From NCBI GenBank assembly GCA_024398135.1, contig CP073750.1, positions 4,022,471 through 4,086,470 on the forward strand: a stretch of DNA of 64,000 nucleotides, read 5' to 3'. Position 1 is the first letter of the stretch, and the number at the start of each line of letters is the position of its first letter. Position numbers and translations under genes: made by a program. This DNA is from a bacterium SCSIO 12643. Lineage in GTDB: Bacteria > Bacteroidota > Bacteroidia > Flavobacteriales_G > Salibacteraceae. Under the pieces are notes generated by a model that saw only the letters and a list, made by a program, of their open reading frames with translations, was not told the origin of the DNA and did not search any database. Positions 28,901 through 36,507 of the stretch are shown one piece after another.

Positions 28901-30812
28901 TCTCTATGAGCATTTCTAAATCACGTGATGTTTTTAGAATTTGTTCTTCAAATTCATCCACTTCTACAACCTTGGAGAGCTTAGGTGCATTTTCCTGAAA
29001 CTCTAAGATCCTGTTTTTATAAAAATCCAGTGACTCTGCGCTCAATAAAAACGAAACACACTTCTCAGAAATAAATTCATTCTTTTCTTCAATCTCAGTT
29101 TCGAAATCATCGACCATGTCAAGATCAATGTATCTTAAGTCCTTAAGAGATATAACCTCACCTCTTAAAACCCTTAATTGCGTTAAAATCTCAACAAAAT
29201 CATCAATTCTTTCAAACTTTGAGACATTAATCCTGGACTGGAGTTCTTTGAACTTTACTTCAAAGTCAGACTGTTTCTGCTTTGTATCTTTCTTTATCCG
29301 GGTAACCTTATCAAATTCATCTATTGCCAATGAAGCTGAAGATTTGATTCCATCTAATGGCTCTTTCAGGTTAAATGTTTCCTGTTTATCCAACCAATAA
29401 TACGAATCGGAAATATCAGTAGTTTTCTTCACCAGATCTACATATAAATTGTCATATGTATCTTCTTTTTTTAGCAAATGAAGAACTTCTCCACATTCTG
29501 CCATAACCGTTACAATCTCTTTATTTCCAATTTTAGAAATTAAAGAATCTTTGTTTTCCGGAATGGTAAAGGCTTCATTTTTAAATGGTGTCTCCCATAT
29601 TTGAATTGCATGATGATTTTGTGCTTCTTCCTCTCCCTTGAAATAACACAACTCTCCATTTGGAAAAAGCGTATAACCGTGACATATCGTTGGCGAAAAA
29701 ACTTCCTGAGTAATCACATTATACGTAAGCAAAACATAGTTTCCAGTAACATTATTATGAAAGACATACAGATAATCCTCCCCATTTGATGATGAAATGG
29801 TTTGTTGATACTGCATTTGATCTACATCCAGATCAAATATTTTATACGTACCATTTTGTAAATAATATCCTCTTGGAAAAATCACACCATGATCATTGGG
29901 TAGTAGCACACAAGCCTCTCTAATGGCATCAACGCGCAACGCTTCTGATATTTTTTTGTTAAACAGAATGTATCGATAATCATTCTCTTTATAAGGTTTG
30001 ATCTTCAAAAAGATCAAATTACCCACTATAGCATAACTTATTTCGGCATCATCCAGAGTTTGATCCATAGCTTCCACCGGTTCTTCATATACGCCTCTAC
30101 CTTCATCTGTATTATCTTCAACTTTAATGGTTAAATCACCACCAATAGTTTCAACAAACACCTGGTCCTCAATAGACACATGTGGATGCGCTCCATTTCG
30201 ATACATATCTCTGGTCGTTCGAATCCAAGAAAACTCATGTTGATTCGGAATAACAACCTCATGATCACTTCGGTTATCTATATAAACCAACTTATTGGTT
30301 TCTATTCTCCATTTAAAGGTTTTAATATCATTTTTTCCTTTTCCGATTAGGAAAACCATATACAGAAATGGACCTATCTCTACGAATCTATTAAATTGGG
30401 TCTCTTTATAGTATTTATACAACTGGTTAAAATCATCTAAAAACGTTTCATCACCTATCCAGGATAAACCTTGTAAATGAAATTGGTGATTATCATATTG
30501 ATATACGCTAAAAACATCATTTAACTTAGTCACGGTTCTTAAACCAATATGCACATTATATCCGAAAATGAATTTGTCACCCAGAGAAATCATATCTCTT
30601 GGAACACATTTGTTTTCAGTCGTAATTCGCTCAGTAGTCAATAATTTCATCTCTACTGAACCGAATAACTCTTTTCGCACAGAATTAAGCTGATCTATTC
30701 TTTGCCTTAATTCCACACCATGTTTACCAAGTCTGTTAAGAATGATCTCATACGTTCCCTCTTCTAATTCTGATACTTGAGATTTTTTATTTTCTTCTTG
30801 AGATTCTAACAT
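25926..30812 (-). CDS. Giant (1628 aa) multidomain protein with a C-terminal AAA+ ATPase (AAA_5/MoxR-like) module; N-terminal ~1250 aa of unknown function
   Basis: Walker A 'ISPPGYGKTTLMEY' (encoded ~26966-26992); Walker B 'VMIYLDDIQH'; sensor/Arg-finger-like 'VVMAGNPYTESGDKFKIPDMLANRADIYNL'; long coiled-coil/helical stretches upstream. Confidence 0.7.
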   Translation of the reverse strand: MLESQEENKKSQVSELEEGTYEIILNRLGKHGVELRQRIDQLNSVRKELFGSVEMKLLTTERITTENKCVPRDMISLGDKFIFGYNVHIGLRTVTKLNDVFSVYQYDNHQFHLQGLSWIGDETFLDDFNQLYKYYKETQFNRFVEIGPFLYMVFLIGKGKNDIKTFKWRIETNKLVYIDNRSDHEVVIPNQHEFSWIRTTRDMYRNGAHPHVSIEDQVFVETIGGDLTIKVEDNTDEGRGVYEEPVEAMDQTLDDAEISYAIVGNLIFLKIKPYKENDYRYILFNKKISEALRVDAIREACVLLPNDHGVIFPRGYYLQNGTYKIFDLDVDQMQYQQTISSSNGEDYLYVFHNNVTGNYVLLTYNVITQEVFSPTICHGYTLFPNGELCYFKGEEEAQNHHAIQIWETPFKNEAFTIPENKDSLISKIGNKEIVTVMAECGEVLHLLKKEDTYDNLYVDLVKKTTDISDSYYWLDKQETFNLKEPLDGIKSSASLAIDEFDKVTRIKKDTKQKQSDFEVKFKELQSRINVSKFERIDDFVEILTQLRVLRGEVISLKDLRYIDLDMVDDFETEIEEKNEFISEKCVSFLLSAESLDFYKNRILEFQENAPKLSKVVEVDEFEEQILKTSRDLEMLIEIVSNLKIEDATETTKIINNISDIYSQFNQIYATIKRKRKELQVVEGEAVFISQLKLISQGMVNYLDISDSVQKCDEYLTKLLIQLEELEGRFSDFDEFLGQLNDKREEIYNAFESRKVYLTDKKNKRISRLQTSADRVLKGVENRLKSLKTVEGINGYLASDLMVDKLRNVVEELLELGDTVKADDILGKLKSLGEEAVRQLKDKTELISAEGSISFGRHSFFVNQQSLDLSIVPRGEDMYYHITGTNFFERIQDKDFLETKPVWNQSIVSENEEVYRSEYLAWQILSQLESEFSDFSQILAWPKDKYEALISDVISKRYDEGYVKGIHDHDALLILKELVKMIQSGGVLKYAPEVRACAIYYWQFVIDSDYKNVILSQIKSVGNIQSAFPDTKVYDALVLELGQQIEAFIEQSNIFNNVHGNDISGYLFAELAHDNKFSISKESYALSEAFHTYLKENKKTKLFSNSITELREASSKYTIAKSWLSAYAENHLEYADEVLSEAAVALIGDDHGKRKLINVDLNSKLEGLQGIHARIKEQDLTINYHDFVRRLRKFETYNIPFYQQFNHLKREYIKGYKEELRLDELKPKVMSSFVRNKLINQVYLPLIGDNLAKQIGTSDDNKRTDLMGMLLLISPPGYGKTTLMEYIASRLGIIFLKINGPSLGHETTSLDPEMAPNSAAREEIKKLNLGLEMGDNVMIYLDDIQHCHPEFLQKFISLSDAQRKIEGVYKGKSKTYDLRGKKVCVVMAGNPYTESGDKFKIPDMLANRADIYNLGDIIGETDEAFESSYIENCLTSNTTLRKLSGKSQKDLYQLMDWASTGERGDLEFESNHSVEDMNDYVSVLKKLIKVRDIVLRVNKEYIKSAAMEDQFRKEPPFKLQGSYRNMNKIAEKIVPIMNDKELDLLILNAYESESQTLTTSSEANLLKFKEMVGWMREEDISRWSEIKTKFQKNQRLRGFGDQNQMAMILSQIERVSEGLIGIKNELSKN

Positions 30813-30932
30813 TTAGGTGTCATTTATACATTATTGAAATGAACATAGAGTATTAAATTGATGGACATACCATGGTCTCCCTTGAAACGAAATTCATGGT
30901 TAATCCATCAAAATCAACGATATAAAATTGAT

Positions 30933-33077
30933 CTATGAGATTCCCAATGAACTTGGTGTCACATTATCAATACCTGTTGTTTTAGCCATTTTTAATAGCT
31001 CTTCAAGCATTCCTTTTTCTTTGGAGTCATTAGTTTGTTGCATCATTTTAAAGATCAACATAGACACCGATAGGTTCTTTAAATCTTCAGAATCGATACC
31101 AAACTGTCGAATAAGGTTTTGTATCTTCTCCTTTAAGGAACTTCCTTCTATATCATCTAAAAAATGAGATTTTAGTCCCTTTAAAGTTTCACTGTTATCA
31201 ATAGCCCTATCTACAGATTTCCCATTTGAAATCGCTCCAATAATCTTATCAAAGAATACCGTTTCACCACCCACAATATCAATCTTAGCAGTTTTCAATG
31301 CATTGGAAATCACCTCTGCCTGTGCATCAGCTATATCTTTTTGAATTTGAATTTGAGCCAACTCCACCTGTTTCGCTTTATCCAATTCCAGTTTAAACTC
31401 TTCGTGTTCTTTACCAACACCATCCAGTTTCTTCATTGCTTCAGCTTTTTCGTGAATTCCCATCGCTTCCACATGATATTTTTCTTTGCTTACTGACGCT
31501 TCAGCCATTCCTTTCTTCTCATCAGCAACAGCTTTCGCTTCAATCACCTGTGCTTCTGCTGAACCTAATTCAATATCAGATTTAGCTTGTGCAAATGATT
31601 TCGCCTCAATTCCTTTAGCCTCTGCAAACGCTTTAGCTTCAATAACTGAAGCCTCTGCTTCTCCTTGCTTTTCTCTAGCTTCAGCTTTGGCTTCTAACAC
31701 TTTGGCTTCCGCAATTCCATGTGCTGCTTCTTTCGCTGCCTCTGCATCAGCTAGTGTTTTAATTGCTTCTGCTTTTTGAACAGAAGAATCTTGCTCGGCC
31801 TTAGCATCAATAAGAACTTTTTCAGCTCTAAATTCAGCGGCTTTTTTACCTGCCTCTGCGGCTTTAATCTGTTGCACTAAATCGGCTTCAGCTAACTCTT
31901 CAGCTTTTGTAATTGCAACCAGTTTTTCACGATCTGCCTGAGCCTTGGTTTTCGTATCCTTAATACTCTCCTCTTCAACAACTACGGTTTTCTCAATAGA
32001 AACTCTTTCTCGAATAACCTCCTGAACGTTTTTCTTTTCTTCCTCAATTGACTTTTCTTTCTCAATTTGAGCAAGAGTTACAATTCGTTCTCTTTCTGTT
32101 ACTTCAAGCATTCTATCTTTTTCTACTTTCTCTGTCTCAACAGCCTTAGTACGTTCTTTGTTTTTGGCAGCAACGATTACTTCTCGATCTTTATTTTGCT
32201 CTGCAATTTGAATTTCTTCTTCGGTAATAATTCTAGCCTTTTCCGCCTTCAGCCTTTCTTCCTGCTCCACTTTAGCTATTTCAGCTTCCTCTCTGGACTT
32301 GATATTCGCAACTTCTCTTTTCTGCTTTTCCTCCGTTTCTGCAAGTTGTTTTTCTAACTGTAAGATGGTTTCTCTTGCTTCTACGTTTTGTTTTGTGATC
32401 GTTTTCTCCTTTTCTTTCTCAATCAAATTGGATTGAATTTTTTCTTTTGAAGTGATTTCAATAATCTTCTTGATACCTTCAGCATCCAGAATATTTTTCT
32501 CATCCATATGATCTAAAGGCGTTTGCTCCAAATAATCAATTGCCGCATCATCCAGGATATAACCATTTAAATCTGTTCCTAAACTATTCAGAATTTCTTC
32601 TCTGAAATCATCACGTTTATTATATAAGTCTGCAAAATCAAACTTCTTACCTACTGTTTTAAGGGCTTCTGAGAACTTCGAATCAAACAGATTGTTTAAC
32701 ATTTCCTGATCTGAAGCCCTCACACAACCAACTGACTGTGCTACCTGAATCACATCATCAGAGGTTTTATTTACACGTACAAAAAACGCAACTTTGATAT
32801 CCGCACGCATGTTATCCTGACATACTAATCCATCCGAACCATGTCTTTCAATCAATATCGTTTTCAACGAAATATCCATCATTTCCAAACGATGCAATAC
32901 AGGAATGACCATGATACCATTAAAAGATACTTTGGTTCCTCCAACTCCGGTTCTCACCAGTGCCTGGCCTTGCGAGGCTTTTCTATACCATTTGGCAATC
33001 ATGGCAAATAAGCCTATTACCACCACAACTAGAATAACAATTCCAGTGAATACAGTATTCTGTAACATTTCCATCAT
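30933..33077 (-). CDS. Flotillin-family protein (SPFH/band-7 domain + long Glu/Ala/Lys coiled coil), YqiK-like
   Basis: N-terminal TM; SPFH-like 'GGTKVSFNG...RADIKVAFFVRV'; EA-rich repeats 'EAKAEAREKQGEAEASVIEAKAFAEAKGIEAK'. Confidence 0.85.
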   Translation of the reverse strand: MMEMLQNTVFTGIVILVVVVIGLFAMIAKWYRKASQGQALVRTGVGGTKVSFNGIMVIPVLHRLEMMDISLKTILIERHGSDGLVCQDNMRADIKVAFFVRVNKTSDDVIQVAQSVGCVRASDQEMLNNLFDSKFSEALKTVGKKFDFADLYNKRDDFREEILNSLGTDLNGYILDDAAIDYLEQTPLDHMDEKNILDAEGIKKIIEITSKEKIQSNLIEKEKEKTITKQNVEARETILQLEKQLAETEEKQKREVANIKSREEAEIAKVEQEERLKAEKARIITEEEIQIAEQNKDREVIVAAKNKERTKAVETEKVEKDRMLEVTERERIVTLAQIEKEKSIEEEKKNVQEVIRERVSIEKTVVVEEESIKDTKTKAQADREKLVAITKAEELAEADLVQQIKAAEAGKKAAEFRAEKVLIDAKAEQDSSVQKAEAIKTLADAEAAKEAAHGIAEAKVLEAKAEAREKQGEAEASVIEAKAFAEAKGIEAKSFAQAKSDIELGSAEAQVIEAKAVADEKKGMAEASVSKEKYHVEAMGIHEKAEAMKKLDGVGKEHEEFKLELDKAKQVELAQIQIQKDIADAQAEVISNALKTAKIDIVGGETVFFDKIIGAISNGKSVDRAIDNSETLKGLKSHFLDDIEGSSLKEKIQNLIRQFGIDSEDLKNLSVSMLIFKMMQQTNDSKEKGMLEELLKMAKTTGIDNVTPSSLGIS

Positions 33078-33105
33078 AATTTTATTTTTTAGCGTTAATT
33101 AAATT

Positions 33106-33768
33106 TTAGTCAATTGTTTCATAGGGCTCCACGATGTAAAAACTTGCGTCTTTCTCGTGGTTAACAACCAACATTTTTTGCCCTCTTTTGATATGTCCTC
33201 TTTTTGTTTTTATGTTAATTCTGTAATTCGATCCGGATAATAAAACTTCACCTTGTCCTAGTTTTTGATCACTTGCACTAATGATCACTTTACCTACAGT
33301 TCCTAATAAATCTTGTGTATTCTCAGTTTCCTTATCTAATATGCTAAAGATCTTAACAAAGGGATAAGTAGACGGTTTAGCAATTAATAAGCTTACTATA
33401 AAGTTTGGAATTAAGAATACAAGTGATAAAATGAATGAAGTATTTCCCAGAATATAATTGGTCATAATAGAAATCACCCACATTGGTAAAATCAAAAAAG
33501 TTAAAAAGACCATTAAAGGGATTTTATCCAAATTAAAAAATGCCAATATGTTGTTTATCCAGGAAATAGAAGCTTCACTCCCTCCATCAACCTCTGCATC
33601 CGCATCCAGATCAATGTCCGAATCTAAATCAATATCTACATCGATATCAAATGAGCTAATATCCACCGCGCCTAATATAACCAGGAGCCAATAAAACACT
33701 ACAAATACCAATAAAGCCGTAGGGATAAAATTCACTGCCGAAAAAGCAGCATGAAATAATTCAAGCAT
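33106..33768 (-). CDS. NfeD/YqiJ-like membrane protein (TM helices + acidic linker + C-terminal OB-fold-like domain)
   Basis: Two TM blocks flank the acidic 'DIDVDIDLDSDIDLDADAEVDGG'; C-terminus 'GTVGKVIISASDQKLGQGEVLLSGSNYRINIKTKRGHIKRGQKMLVV'; directly upstream of flotillin, as in the E. coli yqiJK operon. Confidence 0.65.
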   Translation of the reverse strand: MLELFHAAFSAVNFIPTALLVFVVFYWLLVILGAVDISSFDIDVDIDLDSDIDLDADAEVDGGSEASISWINNILAFFNLDKIPLMVFLTFLILPMWVISIMTNYILGNTSFILSLVFLIPNFIVSLLIAKPSTYPFVKIFSILDKETENTQDLLGTVGKVIISASDQKLGQGEVLLSGSNYRINIKTKRGHIKRGQKMLVVNHEKDASFYIVEPYETID

Positions 33769-33826
33769 TTAAATTTTAAATTTCATTTTATTAAGAAAAC
33801 AAGGGAGTTCAGGTCTGGAATATGTC

Positions 33827-34534
33827 TTACTTATCTAAACCCATTTTTGCTTTTAGAGCTGCCAGTTCATCACTTGCTTTAAGTTGATCTGCACCATCCA
33901 AAGCTTTTTCAATATCTTCATCAACAGACCTACTCTCATTTGCAATTACACCGTATGATTCTGCCAACGCTTCTTCCTGCGCCACTTTATCTTTCATTCT
34001 TTCTAATAAAGAAACAGTATCCGTAGAATCAATTTGAGCCAATTGCTTGTTCAAATTCTTGGTTGCTGTACTCACTTTCACACGTGCTTTAAGCGTTTTC
34101 AGCTCAGACTCCCATTTGCTGATATTAGACTTTATAGTCTTCACATTTGTTTCCAGCTGACTTACCGATTTTTCAAATCGATTTTTTTCTGTCAAAGCAT
34201 GAGCTGCATGTTTAATATTTTCTTCTTTAAGCACTAATGCTTCCGTAGCCAATCTATCGGCTTCACTAGCATCTAACTCATTATTCTGAGCTCTTTTCAA
34301 AAGCAACATCGCTTTACCTTCATAATCTTTCGACTTTTCTATATAAGACTCATGATCATTTCTGGCTCTAATCGCCATGGCTTTTACTTCTGCCAAAGCT
34401 TTAAGACTCTTATCCAGGTCTTCTTTCATATCACGAATTCCCTGCTCAGTAAGTTTTATAGGATCTTCTAATTTATCAACCGCAGAATGTGCTTCCGCCT
34501 GCCCTATCTTGAATAATCTATTAAATAAATTCAT
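33827..34534 (-). CDS. PspA/IM30 (Vipp1/ESCRT-III superfamily) protein
   Basis: 'MNLFNRLFKIGQAEAHSAVDKLEDPIKLTEQGIRDMKEDL' is the characteristic PspA N-terminus; all-helical coiled coil. Confidence 0.85.
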   Translation of the reverse strand: MNLFNRLFKIGQAEAHSAVDKLEDPIKLTEQGIRDMKEDLDKSLKALAEVKAMAIRARNDHESYIEKSKDYEGKAMLLLKRAQNNELDASEADRLATEALVLKEENIKHAAHALTEKNRFEKSVSQLETNVKTIKSNISKWESELKTLKARVKVSTATKNLNKQLAQIDSTDTVSLLERMKDKVAQEEALAESYGVIANESRSVDEDIEKALDGADQLKASDELAALKAKMGLDK

Positions 34535-34546
34535 AGCTAAGTTTTT

Positions 34547-34942
34547 TTAGTTTTTTGAAATCTGTATTAGTTCCTCTGAATACTCTGACAACAGTAGTGT
34601 CAACGAGTTTATTGAACCTTCTAACTCATTAATATCTAAGTTCGAAATTTGCAAAGTATCCCTGAATATCAATTTTTCACCTGATTCATCCAAGACAAAT
34701 GCGCCATGAATAATATCTCTATTCTTTTGCAATAATTTTTTGAATATCACCGGATCAGTATCTTTGACATCCAATAAATGTTGTTCCATAATCAAAATAG
34801 GATCGGCACAACCAATTACAAGATTTTTAATCCCGATACTCTCATCCTCTACAACCAAGATATTATCATTCGAATTTTCTAGGGTAACAGAATGGCCAAG
34901 ATCAATTAGGTAATTTTTAACTTTCTCGAAGCTGTCTTTCAT
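34547..34942 (-). CDS. YjfI-like (DUF2170-type) small protein, frequent upstream partner of PspA-family YjfJ
   Basis: 131 aa; 12-bp gap to the PspA gene; assignment from size, position and memory of the E. coli yjfI-yjfJ arrangement. Confidence 0.4.
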   Translation of the reverse strand: MKDSFEKVKNYLIDLGHSVTLENSNDNILVVEDESIGIKNLVIGCADPILIMEQHLLDVKDTDPVIFKKLLQKNRDIIHGAFVLDESGEKLIFRDTLQISNLDINELEGSINSLTLLLSEYSEELIQISKN

Positions 34943-35122
34943 TTCTGGTTATTTTTTAATAATTAAACTTTTCTAGAGCAGCATCAAATCTAAGATTTTT
35001 TTCTGCTCTTTGGGTATATACTTAAAGCTATTTATCAAGAACATAATGCTCTAATATTTACGCCCTTTTTTTCCGTTCCTTAAACATTAATGCTAAATTT
35101 GTTTTACAATTATACTATTTTT

Positions 35123-35150
35123 ATTAGCATATGCAAAAATAATTAGCATA
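35123..35150. promoter_or_regulatory. Operator-like repeats upstream of the XRE regulator: ATTAGCATA x2 (19-bp spacing) including palindrome GCATATGC
   Basis: Copies at 35123-35131 and 35142-35150; palindrome 35127-35134; 12-40 bp upstream of the ATG at 35162. Confidence 0.35.
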
Positions 35151-35161
35151 AATTTATCCAC

Positions 35162-35821
35162 ATGTCAAAAATTGGAAAAAACATCAAAAAGATACGCGCC
35201 ACCAAAAACCTCAGTCAAGCTGCATTCGCTGAAATATTTGGCTTAACCAGAGCCAGTGTTGGTGCTTACGAAGAAGGAAGAGCTGAACCCAAAACAGACA
35301 TAATTCTTCAAATTGCTAAACATTTTAGCATTCCTATTGAAACTCTGCTATCAAAAGAACTAACGGTTAATCAGTTATCAAATTTTAAAATACAAACTTC
35401 AAAAACCGATACTCCAACTAAACCCGTACTGTTTATTAATAACTGGAATTGGAGCTCGTTTATTGAAAAGCAAATTGTGACAGATCAATTTACCGTTTAC
35501 TTCCCCAATCAATTTATTAATGGAGATATTGCATTTGAAATTAACACGCATATTCAATCAAATTTTAATGTTGGTGACATCATAATATGTGAACATAATA
35601 ATTCTATAAACATTCCCGGACTTTATTTATTTATAGCAAAAGATCAGGCTTTTATTTCTGAGTCAAGTAGAATCAAAAAAGAAAACATTAGCTTTGATCA
35701 GGCTTTCCTGGTCAAACAGAAAATAGAAACCATTTCACCCCAAACCTCCTCAAACCTTGAAGATCGAATAGCTCAAATGGAGATTCAAATGGAAAAACTA
35801 ATCCAAAAACTCAATAAATGA
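35162..35821 (+). CDS. XRE-family HTH transcriptional regulator with a C-terminal uncharacterised beta-rich domain (CI/LexA-like architecture)
   Basis: 'IKKIRATKNLSQAAFAEIFGLTRASVGAYEEGRAEPKTDIILQIAKHFSIPIETLL' HTH_XRE; 4-bp overlap (ATGA) with the nuclease gene. Confidence 0.75.
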   Translation: MSKIGKNIKKIRATKNLSQAAFAEIFGLTRASVGAYEEGRAEPKTDIILQIAKHFSIPIETLLSKELTVNQLSNFKIQTSKTDTPTKPVLFINNWNWSSFIEKQIVTDQFTVYFPNQFINGDIAFEINTHIQSNFNVGDIIICEHNNSINIPGLYLFIAKDQAFISESSRIKKENISFDQAFLVKQKIETISPQTSSNLEDRIAQMEIQMEKLIQKLNK

Positions 35822-36507
35822 ACACTGTAATCCAACTTATTAAAGATTCTATCGAGGATCATGCGCTGACGAGAAGTGAAAAACGAATTTTAAAAGAAAC
35901 CATTATCGAGAAGCGCTTTGACAAGCGTGAACTTCATATTTTAAGAAGTGAAATTTTTAAAATTGCCAGAAGCCAAACCGACTTGATCCCCACCCCGAAT
36001 CTAATCGACTGGATAGAATCGGTTACAAAGCTTACATTGGTTTTAGATGATGAAAAAATTGAAAAATCTCGGGTCTATTTTAGTCCGGGTAGTGAATGTA
36101 AAAATGCCATTATTCATCATATTCAACAAGCCAGATCCAATCTTAAAATTTGCCTTTTCACCATAAGTGACAATGACATTAGCTCCGAAATTGTTGATGC
36201 GCACCTAAGAGGCATTAATGTTCAAATTATAACCGATGACCAAAAAATGTACGATATGGGATCAGATATTCGTTTGTTTCGAAAGCGAAACATCCCCATC
36301 AAAGTAGATTGTCATTACGGACACATGCATCACAAATTTTGTATTATTGACAATGAGCATGTTATTACAGGCAGTTACAATTGGACAAAAAGTGCGGAGG
36401 ACCGAAATTATGAAAACATTATTATCAACACAGAACTCAACATTATCAAAGCCTTTGAAAATGAATTCAATGAACTTTGGATGGAATTAGAATCAATTAA
36501 TAAATAG
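35818..36507 (+). CDS. Phospholipase-D-superfamily nuclease (single HKD motif, Nuc/Zucchini-like) with a ~100-aa N-terminal extension
   Basis: HKD signature 'HHKFCIIDNEHVITGSYNWT' (H-x-K-x4-D-x6-GSxN). Confidence 0.75.
   Translation: MNTVIQLIKDSIEDHALTRSEKRILKETIIEKRFDKRELHILRSEIFKIARSQTDLIPTPNLIDWIESVTKLTLVLDDEKIEKSRVYFSPGSECKNAIIHHIQQARSNLKICLFTISDNDISSEIVDAHLRGINVQIITDDQKMYDMGSDIRLFRKRNIPIKVDCHYGHMHHKFCIIDNEHVITGSYNWTKSAEDRNYENIIINTELNIIKAFENEFNELWMELESINK

Noticed and set aside
28650-29789. Several short plus-strand ORFs inside the 1628-aa gene
   Set aside because: All are antisense to a long uninterrupted ORF with clear AAA+ motifs; AT-rich codon usage readily creates such shadows.
31486-31779. 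97-aa Ala/Ser-rich plus-strand ORF
   Set aside because: Antisense artefact of the Glu/Ala/Lys coiled-coil repeat region of the flotillin gene; the repetitive GCT/GAA codons produce open reading frames on the opposite strand.
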